A stretch of DNA of 20,653 nucleotides from Ginkgo biloba (lineage: Eukaryota > Plantae > Ginkgophyta), in assembly GCA_024626585.2 (NCBI GenBank), contig JANKJI020000002.1, positions 24,384,562-24,405,214 on the forward strand, given 5' to 3'. Below, piece after piece: positions 1-13,320 of this stretch. The notes beneath the pieces are model-generated. The model did no database searches. It was not told the origin of the DNA and was given only the letters and a program-made list of their open reading frames with translations. Each line of letters begins with the position of its first letter. Position 1 is the stretch's first letter. Both the position numbers and the translations under genes were made by a program.

Positions 1-495
1 ATGATAAAATATCTTAAGAACTTAGAAGTAGGGGTTCATTCAAACAATAGTAGATTTGTTTGTTATTAATCAATTTAGTAATAAATTAATAAAGATAAAT
101 TATTAGATATTTATTATTATTCCTTCTCTCTTTTCTAATCAAAACATTATGATTTTATATGAAAATTATAAGTTAATCCTTATATGAGGTAGCAATTCAA
201 TATACTCTAATTTTTATTCCTATATTAAGGGATATAAATGCTTATAAGTTGTGGACTTTGACTCAAACATTTTACCTTATTATAAGATCAATAGATTTTT
301 TTTTTTCCCTCTTTAATATAAAAAATCTATTATATATGATTGCCACTTATGATGATGACTATTGTTGATTTCAATTCACTTTCGCCATACAGATTATTGT
401 TNNNNNNNNNNNNNNNNNNNNNNNNNNNNNNNNNNNNNNNNNNNNNNNNNNNNNNNNNNNNNNNNNNNNNNNNNNNNNNNNNNNNNNNNNNNNNN

Positions 496-1092
496 GGGTG
501 GTAGAGTTATTATAGGAATATTTGACATGGTATATTATGATGGTGTAGGAATGGATGACATTGTCAATTAAAGTTGAGCCAATTATAACATAATAGATGC
601 CATACAAATGGGACTAGAGGTACTTATTGGAGTATCCATAGGTCCTTGAATTGTAGGGTTGGGATATGAAGGAACATTAGACCTTTGAGTTAGATTAGTT
701 ATAACACTTGTAGTAAAGGGGGGAGTGGGAGGTGGACCTTGGGAGAGAACATAAGAAGTTGACATAAGAAAAATCATTTATGAACTTGTAATTATATCCT
801 AGGGGATTTGGATAATGGGATTATTAGAGGGTTATTCATTAGGCATAATTGGAGGAATAATATGACGAACAATTTATAAATCAATGTCTAAAGGGGTTGA
901 AACATTTTGCATGACCATAGGTGATGAAGCATTACCCTATAATGGAGTCTTAGGAATAACTATTAGAGGCCTGTAGATGATTCAACCTCAAGTGAGGAAG
1001 AATAAAGACCCATTATAGAGTATTTTAACTAGGATACTACTAGGAGAAAATAAAACTGCAAAACCTTAAGGAATGAAGTAAAAGGAATCTAA
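496..1092 (-). mobile_element. Degraded Pro/Ser/Thr-rich ORF remnant, probably retroelement-derived (gag-upstream type)
   Basis: ORF 583..777 (QGPPPTPPFTTSVITN...PSYPNPTIQGP) is stop-interrupted and lies in CpG-depleted context. No catalytic motif is visible. Confidence 0.3.
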
Positions 1093-1494
1093 NNNNNNNN
1101 NNNNNNNNNNNNNNNNNNNNNNNCAAAAGAATTTGAATCTTCTTTCTCAATTTCTCTAGTAATATTAATGCTGTTATAATCACACCCAATGGATGACATG
1201 GATAAATATTTGGAAATTGGTTAAAATTACTAAAGAAGAAAGTTCCCTAAGACATATAAAAAACTTGATGGGAGGTCCTATAGGCTTATAGTGTCCTTGC
1301 TTGGAAATAGGACTAAATAATTATCTAGATGGATAAACATTTTTCCTAGTGGATTGAGCAAAAGAAGATAATTTATGTTGAAATATAAAGTGTTNNNNNN
1401 NNNNNNNNNNNNNNNNNNNNNNNNNNNNNNNNNNNNNNNNNNNNNNNNNNNNNNNNNNNNNNNNNNNNNNNNNNNNNNNNNNNNNNNNNNNNNN

Positions 1495-1870
1495 ACTAAA
1501 CTGTAAAGGATTGATATTTCACTCCTTATCATTGAACTTATCCTTTGGAAAATAGAGCTACATCCTGTCCCCCACCTAAAATGAATGACTTGCACGATAC
1601 TTGTTACTTACCTTTTTATACGTATGATGATCCTTCTATAAGGTATCATATACCTACCTATGAACTCTTTGAATATGATAAATGAAGTAAGAAACCTATC
1701 CATGATCCTTTAACTCAAAAAATTATGAACTAGGTGGAAATGTTAGACACTACAAATCAAATGGTGACTTATGAAGAAATCCTAAACAAGCCTTGAATGA
1801 AAAAATCCCAAGGGAATGATGAAGAGGTCTATTAGAGTTATGTTAAATATAAGGGATAGATTCATCCTAG
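1495..1870 (+). mobile_element. Possible decayed gypsy integrase C-terminus/chromodomain fragment
   Basis: Plus-strand EEILNKP*MKKSQG...SYVKYKG resembles the chromovirus chromodomain pattern (E.IL.KR....Y.VKWKG). Heavily degraded. Confidence 0.3.
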
Positions 1871-1884
1871 GTTTTTATATGATT

Positions 1885-4780
1885 AAAATTATAGATCCTT
1901 AATGCATATACCATATTCCTATTAACAACCTTCATCTTCCTATCTATATAAGGATGGAAATAAGTTAACCTCTTTAACTCCATGTCCATCATTACCCCTA
2001 GGTGTGTCTAAAAGTGACTTAGAAATATAACATCTCTATTAGATACAATAGAATAAGGAAAACTAAAATGAGTCCAAATATGAAAAAGAATAATCTAGCA
2101 ACCTAAAGGGATTAAATTGGCTTCTACCAAGCCATAAAAATGGCCATCTTGATGAGCCTATCCACTACAAAAAAAATCTAATGATATCCCCTCTAAGTCA
2201 ATGGTAACCTTCCTAATAAATTGATGAAAATGGACTCCCATGGCCAATCTAGAAGAGTTAACAATTGATATTTTATAATATTCCTCTTATAAGGGTTAGG
2301 AGTGTCACATAACTAACATGATCTAACCAATCTCTTTACAACTAACTAGATCCTAGGCTAATAGAAATGACACTAAATATGCCCCACATTCTTATACATA
2401 ATAAATTTCCCTACTAATATGGAATGGTGCACCTAACAAATTAACTAAGGATAATAAATGACTCCAAGAACATGAAAAATAATTCAAGTCTATATAGAAA
2501 CCCATCCTTGAGGTGATAATCCCTCAAGGAGTCCTTTTTAATAAAAAGAGAGTTAGAAAAATGAGCTAAAATATGAGCAATATTCACATCAACTAAATAC
2601 AAATCTTTCCACTCAAGAAAGAAAAAATANNNNNNNNNNNNNNNNNNNNNNNNNNNNNNNNNNNNNNNNNNNNNNNNNNNNNNNNNNNNNNNNNNNNNNN
2701 NNNNNNNNNNNNNNNNNNNNNNNNNNNNNTCTATTAGATGGATTAGATTTCCCATGGTCTTCTTCATTTAAAAAGTGTGCTACCACTTTAGAATAAGGTT
2801 CCTCTCTAATCAATCATGGTATATATAATAAATCAAGTTTGTATAGAAAACCATATTTGAGGAGGTAATATCTTAAATAATTATATTTAATAATAATAGG
2901 ATCGAATAACTAAATGAAAACATGTGAAAAATAATCATCAACTAAATACAAATCTTTCCACTCAAGAAAGAAAAAATAAGAAGAGTAAAATACCTACAAT
3001 AAATAATGGAATAGTGTTCTACTAAGAGAATCTACCATTGTGTTATTATTTCCCTTATTATCTTTAATAACTATGTGAAACTACTATAGGTATCCCATTC
3101 ACTCAACCAACCTATGGTCCTCAAGCCTTGTCTATGAATGAAGGAACTATAGAGGATGATTATATGAGTAAATAATGGTCTCCTTCCTAAGAATATGGTG
3201 CTTTCAATATTTTACTACCTGAACAATAACATATATCTCCTTGTGGTAAGTGTTATACCTCTAGATTGTATCAAGATTAATACATAGTGATAGACAACTA
3301 ACTTATCTAGTTATATCAAAACTACTTCCATGGCATGCCTCAATGAATTTAAGTCCACCTATAAAGGTAATTAAATATTGTTCATAATCAATTATTTAAA
3401 AAGTCAAAATAATAATATTTGTACTTACACCAAGTGAAGGCCTTCTTAACATTCATCAATCAATTAAAAGGAGAAAAAATATTTGAGAATCTTGGAACAA
3501 ACTTCCTATAGAAGCTTGTTAATCCTACAAAGTTGTGCAGATAATGAATATTAGTCATACACCCTTAAACCTAAAGATATCAATATTTTTAGAATCAACA
3601 AATAAATCATACTCATAGATGATGAAACCAATACTATAAATTTTATGCATGTAAAAGATACACTTGTCCATGTTAGCCTAAAGTTGATTGTCTCTCAACT
3701 ATTATAGAAATCATTGACTTTATCCAAGGTGGTCCTTCTAAGTGCATATAAATATAATAATATTATAATTAAAAATAATGATAAAGGAATATAATAATGG
3801 TCAAATAGCATGGCATGTCAATTATATGAATGTAGCATGATCATTGGTTAATAAAAAAGGCATAACTAACTACTTAAAGAGACCTTGCATGGTCTCAAAT
3901 GTTATCTTGCAAGTGTCATACTCCTTAATTATCACTTGGTGATATCCCAAGTTTAAATAAATCTTAATGAAATATATATCACCATGTAAATGGTACAATA
4001 AATCATTAATATGAGGAAACAAATGCCTATTATTTACCTTCATCTTGTTAATTTCACCATAATCCATACATGTGCTAAGAACCATTGAACCATATGGATA
4101 GGATTTGGAATTGATACAACCCTTCTCCAATAGATCTAATATATACCTCTTTACTTCACATTTTCCATCAGTAATATATGGTGAATACCATATTGGATAA
4201 GCAATCCCCAAGTACTATATCAATCCTATGAGAGATATCCCTTTTAAGAGAAATTCCATGATGATATATAAACACATCCTCAAACTAAGATAAAATATAA
4301 TTTTCATATTGTTCCTAATCCCTATCCTTAATGTATGGATCTAAGTCATCTCAATGTATAAACTCAACTTATATTGTCCTCTCGATAAGATCAATGCAAA
4401 CTTCTAATAATCTTAAACTAACTATTCAACCTATAAACTATTAACTAGAATAATAGATTTAGGAATAGGAACTACTGGAATGGCAAAATCCTTACCTCTT
4501 TTAATCATAATACACTTCCTTATTAGGTATTTATCTTCCCCTTTCTTTCATTCATGAAGGGTATTCCACGTAATACATTGGTATAATCCATCAAGACAAC
4601 ATTATAAGTGATCTCATCCACATACTCCTCAGTGATAAAATATTTCAAATTGCATTATTGAGTAACTCTATCACTCTTATGTTTAGTCCTTCTAATGATA
4701 TCATAGGAATTTGGATGATCTAAAGATTGGTTCCTAGATCCTCCACCATAGAAGATAAAATGAAGTTTTTTTTATTGCCA
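1885..4780 (-). mobile_element. Degenerate Ty3/gypsy LTR-retrotransposon pol (protease-RT-RNaseH-integrase order)
   Basis: Minus-strand translation with many stops. PR-like RVTQ*CNLKYFITEEYVDEITYNVVLMDY (~4550-4680). RT EVKRYILDLLEKG...DYGEINKMKVNNRHLFPHINDLL...LGYHQVIIKEYDTCKITFETMQGLFK*LVMPF (3850-4211). RNaseH YNTYHKEIYVIVQVVK...MGYL**FHIVIKDNKGNNNTMVDSLSR (~3020-3260). Integrase C*LCDT...WPWESIFINLLGRLP...IFFVVDRLIKMAIF...SIVSNRDVIFLSHF...FHPYIDRKMKVVNR (~1890-2360). RT-RH-INT order defines gypsy. LTRs were not identified. Confidence 0.92.
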
Positions 4781-6557
4781 CTATTAAGTATGGCTAGAAC
4801 CACTCGATCTTTAATATCCAACTACAATGTGAAGAGTCTCTCTCTATCCTTGTAGAGATCGATGCATATATACACGCTCTTGAAGTTCATAGTAATATGA
4901 CACCTTATAAAATATGTGCATTCACGTAGTGCAAACTGTAACTCTTCTGAATTGGTAAAAACTCGCCTGAAATGACTCGCCGCCTGCATAGAACTAAAAT
5001 TCTACCATGTATTTGATCTAAAGTCACTGTCAAAAATCCTATGAAGATTCCCAAGATGTTATGAACTAAATATAAGAGAATAAGAGTATATCTATATATC
5101 AACATCAAATCTCAAAGCTCTCCAATACACAAGTATACATCANNNNNNNNNNNNNNNNNNNNNNNNNNNNNNNNNNNNNNNNNNNNNNNNNNNNNNNNNN
5201 NNNNNNNNNNNNNNNNNNNNNNNNNNNNNNNNNNNNNNNNNNTGAATATCAAAGAAAAACAATATTTCATTTAATGAAAAGTAGGTATTATAAAGGCTTG
5301 TATTGCAGCATAACCAGAAACATAAGGATGAAAGACTTTGTTTTCATCAAATGATACAATAAGAGACTCCCACCTAAGATCAATTTTCCAAAACTCTTCC
5401 TTTCTAATGCCACTAGACGACTACAGCGATTACAACAAGATAAAAGCAAGAAAATGGCAGAACAAGAAGAACCCCTTTAATGATCAGTAGCCCCCCTTTT
5501 ATGATTGACCTGCCAGGAGCGTTAGATAATTGTTGATAACTGTTTCTTGTCTCTCCCAACAGTTGGATTGCATGCACACATTCTCTTAAGACCTCCCATT
5601 TCAAGTTTTAGCAACCGCTCTTGTACTCTATTTTTAGCAAAATCACTTACTTCTTCTAGTCATCGCTTGGCCCAATTCTAGAGGGAGCTCCAAGAGAGAG
5701 AGTGGCATGTCTTTCAGTACGTGGTTGTGTCTAAAAGGGCATGGATGTGGCAATGTCCATGGTAGTAGTTGAGGGAGCCACCTTTGATTGTTTAATGCCT
5801 CTATTTTCACTTATTTATGGATTATACTACACCAAGGGGACCATCGTAGACTCAATAGAACAAAGGGGAGATTTAACTAATGGGTCAGGAAGGGGATTAA
5901 TGTCATGTGCATCCATATCTTCTCATGGGTTCCTGGTGAGAATCTCTACTTGACCAATTATTTTCTCTATATATTCTAGCATTTTCTTGACCTGACTTGG
6001 ATGTGTGGTGGAATATACTTCATCCAAATTAATAAGATTAGGGAGAGGCTACATTTTCTAAAGTGACCTTAATTCTACTTATTCCCTAACCATATCATGG
6101 GGAAAACAAATTTCTTGACTCATTATGGGAGTCAGGGAATTTTTATCTTTACTAAGAGTGGAACCTATAATAGATATTCATTAGTATTTGGTATTTCTTA
6201 TTCCCTAGGAACTTTAGGGTCTTGACTCTCCAAAGGTCCCATCAAAGGATCCATGGTGGACTATGCTTCACTAAGTATAACAACCATCAATAAGGCTTCA
6301 CCGATCCCTAATGCTATCCCTTCTCTAATCAATTTAGAGGTCTAATTTTCTAAGGGAGATATAGAGCATTCCAAAGTTGTGATGGATTTGTAAAGTGTGA
6401 CAATCATTAATGGATATTTGTGGGTCACTATTCTTGAGGGAATAAGAGGGGTGAGAGGAGGGGGTTTCTTCTAGAGTGTCTTAACACTGATGTTTCTATT
6501 GGATATGTAATCCAATCTCATCTTGACCCAACTTACTTCTTGCATCAAGGAGATCAT

Positions 6558-7851
6558 AGATCTAGTCTACAAAGATAATTTTCCAATATCTTATCCTTCA
6601 GATATAGTGAACTATAATGTGTCATATGGGGTCACTTCAATCTTATTTGCTAAATTCTTGGCCTACTATGTCAGCTAAATCAATATTTTTCGCTCACCAA
6701 ATAAGGTTTATCTTCTTGTAAAGACTTTTTATTTGAGGGATATTAATTTTCTATATTATTGGTGTAGGATGGTTTCTTTACTTACTCTTTAGTTATGTTA
6801 CATGACCATTGGAAGATCTCGGTATCCTTCTGTTAATGATTCTTTCTTAGAGGCTATTTTCTTATGCAACATTGCTAATTCTATTAGTTAAAGATCCATA
6901 GATTGTTCTTCATGTTAGGGAGGCATGTTCAATATTTTACTCTAATTGTTCCTTTACCNNNNNNNNNNNNNNNNNNNNNNNNNNNNNNNNNNNNNNNNNN
7001 NNNNNNNNNNNNNNNNNNNNNNNNNNNNNNNNNNNNNNNNNNNNNNNNNNNNNNNNNNAAACCCTATATAGTAAAAAATCTCCAATGAATCCCCTATGGT
7101 CATAGCTTCCTCAATAAGATTACACCTTATAGGACCATGTGTTATACCCCTCCTAGTTAGGATGGCACATTGATCCTTCTACTCCATTCACCCACCATTT
7201 AATTGTTTCTCTTACTCTTTGGATGTTGTCTAGCCTTCATACCATTCATGGCACTTCCCCTACTTTGTCCTAAGGTTCTCATATCTTTTTGGCCCTCCAT
7301 AAGATCTATTTGATAGTGATGATGTCTTACTTTATACATGCTCCCATTCAACTCTCTTAGAGCCTTGATCATCCTCTCATAGTCACCCATTCCTTTATCA
7401 TTGTTTTCCCCTATAAATATGTCATAATATCCATATAGAACATTAGATATTAAAGATCTAGTCTATAGAGATAATTTTCCAATGTTCTATCCTTTGAATC
7501 TAGTGAATTATAATGTGTCAGTTAGGGTGGATTTAGTCTTATTTACTAAATTCCTAGTCTGTTATGTCAGTTGAATCAATATTTATTACTCACCAAATAA
7601 GATTTCTATTCTCACAAATACTTATGATTCAAGGGAAATAAATTCTCTATAGTGTTGGTGTAGGATGGTTTCTTTACTTTCTCTTTGGTTGTGGTCCATG
7701 ACCATTTGGAGCTCTTAGTATAATTCTGCTAATGTTACTTTCTTACAGTCTAGTTTCTTATGCAAGATTATTAATTTTTATCAAATGATGATCCATATAC
7801 TACTCTTCATATGATTCATATTCAATACTTTATACCAATCATTCCTTTTCC
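6558..7851. repeat. Diverged ~400-bp direct repeat pair (6558-6958 and 7454-7851)
   Basis: Collinear similarity at an offset of about 896 bp. Examples: AGATCTAGTCTA at 6558/7454 and an exact 25-mer TTGGTGTAGGATGGTTTCTTTACTT at 6759/7655. Many transition differences elsewhere. Confidence 0.85.
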
Positions 7852-10800
7852 TGGGCCATGTCCAATTCTTCTTGAAATAATTGTTATTTAAAAGTGTCAA
7901 AAAATCAAGTTGGGACTAACTTCAATTTCACAATTTGATTGACTCCTTCTTTAATGTACAAATATTTTTTACCAATCTCTTAGTACAACTCATCTATAAG
8001 TTTTTATTTTTGTTCGAGTAACTTCTCCATGTTGTAATATTTTCCTCAAAGTTGAAAGGTTTGTGTCTTAAGATTGGTTAATTTAGCCTCTACACTTGGA
8101 GGAAGAGAGAGTGCCACTTTTTATTTATCATTGAAAATTATTGCCATTCTTGGGCATAGTGGCCCAAGTGATCTATATTTTCTTAAGCTACCCAAAATGA
8201 TCTAGTCTCCATGCTGACTTAAATAATTCTTGGTTGGGTGATGATTTGAATGAATATGTCTTCTTTATACAGCACACCTTCACAAAATAAATCAACTAGA
8301 ATCTAGTTGGACCTGATTGTAGATCTCTTCAGAAAGAAGATAGGGACCTTAGACAAGCATAATGACTTTGATGAATCAAGAGTTCAAATCTAGCAGAAAA
8401 AGACATTCTAAATAATGCATTGGGATCACTTGGAAGGAATACTTGTAAAGGATGAGGTAGGATTTTTAGAGTAATGTCAAGGTGAGTGGCACTCTTATGA
8501 GCATTAAAAAATAGGATAACTATAATAATTAATGGAACCCTCTCTTTAAGGTTCATGTTGTTGACTCATGGCCTTATGGTTGCATTGGATTCCACCTTAA
8601 CTTCCACCTAGAAATTAGTTATATTAATGCAATGGATCCATAAATCACTTAGGTTATTTGATAAGATGCATTGTTATCCTTTAATGGTTAATCCATTAAC
8701 CACTTTCATCACTTGATTAATCCATTAGGTTACAGATCCCTTTTCTTGGGTTATTTTTTAACTACTTGACTAAATAAGGGTGAGAGAGAGGTCAAGGGAG
8801 GGGTGCACAACTCCCTTACCCTGACATATCTTATCCTTCCCTAACTGAACAANNNNNNNNNNNNNNNNNNNNNNNNNNNNNNNNNNNNNNNNNNNNNNNN
8901 NNNNNNNNNNCAACTCCCTTACCTCAGATGTTGTTCCCTAATTAATCTAGGTCATAAAATACTACCAAGGAGAGATTACTCCCTTACTTAAATCTTACTC
9001 CTTTATCAACCTAAGGGCTCTTAGACCCATGAGAACATATTTTCTCTACAATGTGGAATATTTATCAATCTCATTGTTATACATTATAGTACACACCAAT
9101 CATGTTGTGGCTCATGGATTATTTGAAATAAGTGACCATAAAAGCAGATTTGACACCACTCGAAGATTTGCAAACATTGAAAAAAAAATTATAAAGGTAT
9201 TTGGCCAACCAAAGGATGAGCATGGATGTAGATGGGAGATTTGATAAACTTAGATGTAGATGAATCAATACAGAATATGGGTGAATATTTCCTTGTTCTC
9301 TAGGGATACATGAGGAAATGGAAGAGGGATGGGTGGACTTAGAAAGAATAAAGAACAAGAAGGGTTCTAGTGTGGGAGACCAGTCTATGTAAACCATCCA
9401 TTCACATATCAACAAGATCTTCTTAGTAGAAATAACTTCCTCCCACTTGATATGAATAAGTGGTGATAGCTCCATAGAAATTGCCTCCTTTAGAATGTGT
9501 GTTCTGGTGCCATGTGATCTAGATGTAAGCATGAAGGGAATGAAGGGATTAAAGCACTTGATGAGGGAAGAGGTGAATTAGAAGAAAAATCATTTTATAT
9601 TTTTTCATCCTTTTGAGCAAGAAAATCCCTTCCTTAAATGGCCTAATCCCTCTAGTGGAGAATGGAGACAGTCAGGACATGCGGAATGTGACTCCATCTT
9701 TTACAACATAGAATGATAGCCAACTAGGATGAATACCTAGGGATCATGTATCTAGTACAAGATTTGGTAGTTATCCACTATAGATGTAGCTATATTAGTA
9801 AGAACATAATCCTTAAAAAGATTCTTCAACACTGTAACTTCTTGGCAATGGTTATATATAGCTAGTGAGATGGGGGGATATCCCATGCCATGACCATATT
9901 ACTTGTAGTACCTTGTAATTTTATGAACTTCATTGTAATAAATCTTTTGTAAATACAAAAAATAAAACTTGTTGCATATTTTTTATTCATCCTTGGCTTG
10001 AAATAATGTCTTTCAAAACCAAGCTTCAAATTTTTTTTATGTTGAAGAAAAAAGATGGGGGGTACCCTTTTAAGGGACCAACACTTAGGAGTACAAAATA
10101 GGGGAGGAAAAAATAGGGTCAAGACCATGTATAAGGGTATTATTTATTATTTATGTACATAGGTTTTTTGAGATTTTGTAACTAAGTTCCACCCCTTGGG
10201 GTCTATTTCCCTTATTTTAATTAATCTCAACTACTCTTTTTTAGCCAAGAGTGATTGTCACACTCTTATATAGTGGAATTGATTGAAAATATCTTTCAAT
10301 TATGCATTATGTAATAGCTATGTGAGATTTCCCTCCAAGTTGGAAGAAAGATAAAAATAAAAATATCTCTATCTCCTCTCAACCACTACTTATGTATACT
10401 ATGGACATAAAGGATCGATCGAGAAATTATGTTCATCACATTCATTTATCAGAGTTAGATATTCCTTTAATTAAGCTTCCTTGTCAACTATCCCTATCTT
10501 ACCTTGCATACCATTCATAAGTTTGCTAGACTAATATCCCACTCAAATTTGTTTCATCTAATCTCTAAATCTCCTATAATGTGCTAGGAAACACTAAATC
10601 TAATCCATTCATCTTCTTATCGAAATTTTCTTTTACTAAAATTGAACATTTGGTGATTGAAAAGTATACATTATATTTTTTTTCATTCCTATTATTACTT
10701 AACTATATGAGTTTCCTATGACAACATGCATTTGACATTAATTAAAATATAACATGCAGACACTTTAAGACTTGTTCATCCTTTTAGCAATAACATGTTG

Positions 10801-10919
10801 TTATAAGCGTGAAGATTGGATCATTTTACTAACGTGTATTTTCATCAACCCTCTAATATGTAATTTATCATTATTCTTCAACCCTCCTCCATCCCCCTTA
10901 AAGATCATTATTAGAAACA

Positions 10920-11140
10920 ATATTCATAGGGACTTCCCTAATGAAAAGGAGCAATGGTATAACCTTGCATTATAGGATCTCATTCTCACCCTCACTCTAA
11001 TGATGGAGGAATCTCTTTCATCTTCAAAAATAATTGGAAGGATTGGAGGCTTAGGAGAAGTTGTCAATTTCATATGAGAATACACTAGGGAAGGCCTCTC
11101 AATCAAGGAGAACTTTATGCATAATATTAATCTCAATTGT
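10920..11140 (-). mobile_element. Possible LINE ORF1 (DUF4283/zinc-knuckle region) remnant
   Basis: HMKLTTSPKPPILPIIFEDERDSSIIRVRV...YNARLYHCSFSLGKSL loosely resembles the plant L1 ORF1 segment (V.MD.SKPLP..I.IED.....Q.V.YE..P..C..C.SLGH). Weak. Confidence 0.3.
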
Positions 11141-11389
11141 TATATTTTGATAAATTTTCCAAAAAAAAATAATCCCCATGACAACATGTTTGTTAAAATG
11201 TTTGATGATCAATTTAAAATATAATGGAAAACTTTATAATATTCATTAGATTTTATAAATTTTAAAGGGAAAATCTATATTTATTTTAAAATTTTACCTC
11301 TAACATATAATCCACATTTTTTAAATCAATTAAATTTTATAAATGCATGTATTGATTTAAAATAATTCACTCCTTAGAGTTTTCCTTAC

Positions 11390-11879
11390 TCTTAAATCAA
11401 TGTTAGAAGGATGTCAACAAATGAGGATTTCATTAAACCTAAAGAAATTCATTTTTAGAGTACTATTTGGAACCCTCTTAATGCATTCCATAATTTCAAA
11501 AGGTTTAATGGTCAATATATATAAAATAACTATCATTATAGATGTACATCCCCCAAAAATAGTTACATGGGTAAGAGAAGTCATGGGTCATACAAGATAC
11601 TATAAAAAAATAATAAGGAGATATGTTGAGATCACTAAAACCTTAAGAGAGTTATTAAAAAAAGTAAAAGAATTAATTTGTATTCCATAGTACTAAAATT
11701 CATTTGAAGCATTAAATTAGAATATGGTTAGGGCGTTAACATTGATATTTTCAGATTGGTCAAATATTTTCTACGTTCATGTCAACACATCATCAATAGT
11801 AATATGAGCAATACTAATAAAATTGAGTGAAAATAATTTTGATCAACTTGTAGAATTTGTAATATGAAAACTTAGTGAT
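11390..11879 (+). mobile_element. Degenerate Ty3/gypsy RT C-terminus/connection/RNaseH N-terminus fragment
   Basis: MLEGCQQMRISLNLKKFIF...LLMHSIISKGLMVN...PPK...VMGHTRYYKKIIRRYVEITKTLRELLKK, then LTLIFSDWSNIFYVHVNTSS...KLSD. This matches the gypsy pattern ISLNLKKC.F...LLGH...GH.GYYR.FI...P.L.FPDW...FHVHVDAS...RKLS. Opposite orientation to the 1.9-4.8 kb element. Confidence 0.88.
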
Positions 11880-12659
11880 NNNNNNNNNNNNNNNNNNNNN
11901 NNNNNNNNNNNNNNNNNNNNNNNNNNNNNNNNNNNNNNNNNNNNNNNNNNNNNNNNNNNNNNNNNNNNNNNNNNNNNNNAACATTATTATAATAATGTTG
12001 TGATTTCATGAAAGAGGACTAATCCATCATAAGTTGTATGCCTAAATAACTAGGCTAGAAATAATATGGAATTGGACATAAAATTAAATACCATAACTAA
12101 AATAGGAAGCAAACGAAGATTTGATCTAGAGATGGAAATCATTGAAAAAGTGAACTTCAGATTAGTTCATAGATTTGGTAAATAAACTCAAGTCTCTATC
12201 ATATGAAGTAAAATACCCTAAGTCTACGATTATGGATTTAATTTAAAATAAAATGGAGTTGAAGAAGGATTCTCAAGGAGTGTATGAGTCCATTTTAGAA
12301 TTAGAGTCACTCATTCATAGGATGAGCATGATTTTTTATATGTTTCCTTAGAAAGATTATCCAGAATATAAAAATAAAAAATAATTCAAGCTATTTATAG
12401 ACCAATTGCTATATTTTGACATAATTTCAAAAAAATAAATTTGATAAATGAGAAATTTTTTAGCACAATTTCCATCACCTTTTTTAATTATAATGTAAAT
12501 TCCTACTATATTCACTAAATTGTTTACATTTAAAATGGAAAATCTATATTTTTTGGAAACTTTCACCTTTAACATGCATATTAAGGGTTTTATGTATTAA
12601 AAATATTCATCAAATGGATATATTTATATAAAATAACCTAGCCCTTAAAGTTTTCCCTA

Positions 12660-13320
12660 CTCAAGTAATGAGGCTTCTATTTGGTAGTCCCATGTATCTA
12701 CCATTGATGATAAGTCTTTGGAGCATATTACATGGCATAACCCTCTAAGGTTTTTCAAAAAGGGTGTTGAATTATAGTTCCCTATACAACTCCATCTCCA
12801 AAGAGTAGATGATTTAGGTGGAGATTAAATCTAAATAGAAATCGAATACCTTTAATAAGGGAGTTATAATCAATCTTGTTGAAGAATTCCCATAAACCCT
12901 CTTATCCCTTAGCTTTGCATCAATTCCCCTTAGGAATGGTGGAAGGATTGGTGTTGTAACCAAAAGCATCCCTCCATGAGATATTATTCGTCCAATGCTT
13001 AATACATATTGACTACTCATACTCATTTGGAAAAGGAGGCCTAAGNNNNNNNNNNNNNNNNNNNNNNNNNNNNNNNNNNNNNNNNNNNNNNNNNNNNNNN
13101 NNNNNNNNNNNNNNNNNNNNNNNNNNNNNNNNNNNNNNNNNNNNNNNNNNNNNNNNNNNNGTCCTCTATATTCACAAGATGACTCTACAATGCACTTATT
13201 TTGGTGCCACCCTTGAGTAAATCTTGTTTGGAAATGGGTTAAAGTGCTCAAAAAATAAGTGCCTTGTCATCCCTTCAGTTAGGCTTCTACACTATAAGGA
13301 GATCTAGGCCCTTATTTCAC
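12660..13320 (-). mobile_element. Possible decayed hAT (BED finger + DUF659) transposase remnant
   Basis: Minus strand reads NHFQTRF.GGTKISAL (BED-finger-like, frameshifted), then across the gap SICIKHWTN, LLVTTPILPPFLRGIDAK and GVV*GT. These are in the order of hAT motifs S..SDGWT, ..V..P.G..FL.AIDAS and VVQV.TDN. Confidence 0.35.

Noticed and set aside
2587-2978. Identical 43-bp sequence at 2587-2629 and 2936-2978, with two diverged copies of the RNaseH-integrase junction
   Set aside because: Perfect identity ends exactly at a 100-N gap while adjacent sequence is strongly diverged. This is most simply a short-read assembly join of two paralogous TE copies rather than biology; long reads would settle it.
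4950-5510. CpG-containing ACTCGCC motifs near 4960-4985 and a purine tract AAAAGGGGGGC (minus strand, ~5490-5500) as possible TE terminal or PPT signals
   Set aside because: No paired LTR or TIR, PBS or target-site duplication was found to anchor them.
5670-5705. GAGGGAGCTCC resembling the miR159/319 3' end
   Set aside because: The match covers only about half the miRNA and no complementary star arm is evident.
8809-8990. Repeated CAACTCCCTTACC / ACTCCCTTAC motifs
   Set aside because: Only three short copies around a gap in TE-like DNA, with no regular spacing. Not a CRISPR-like or satellite array.
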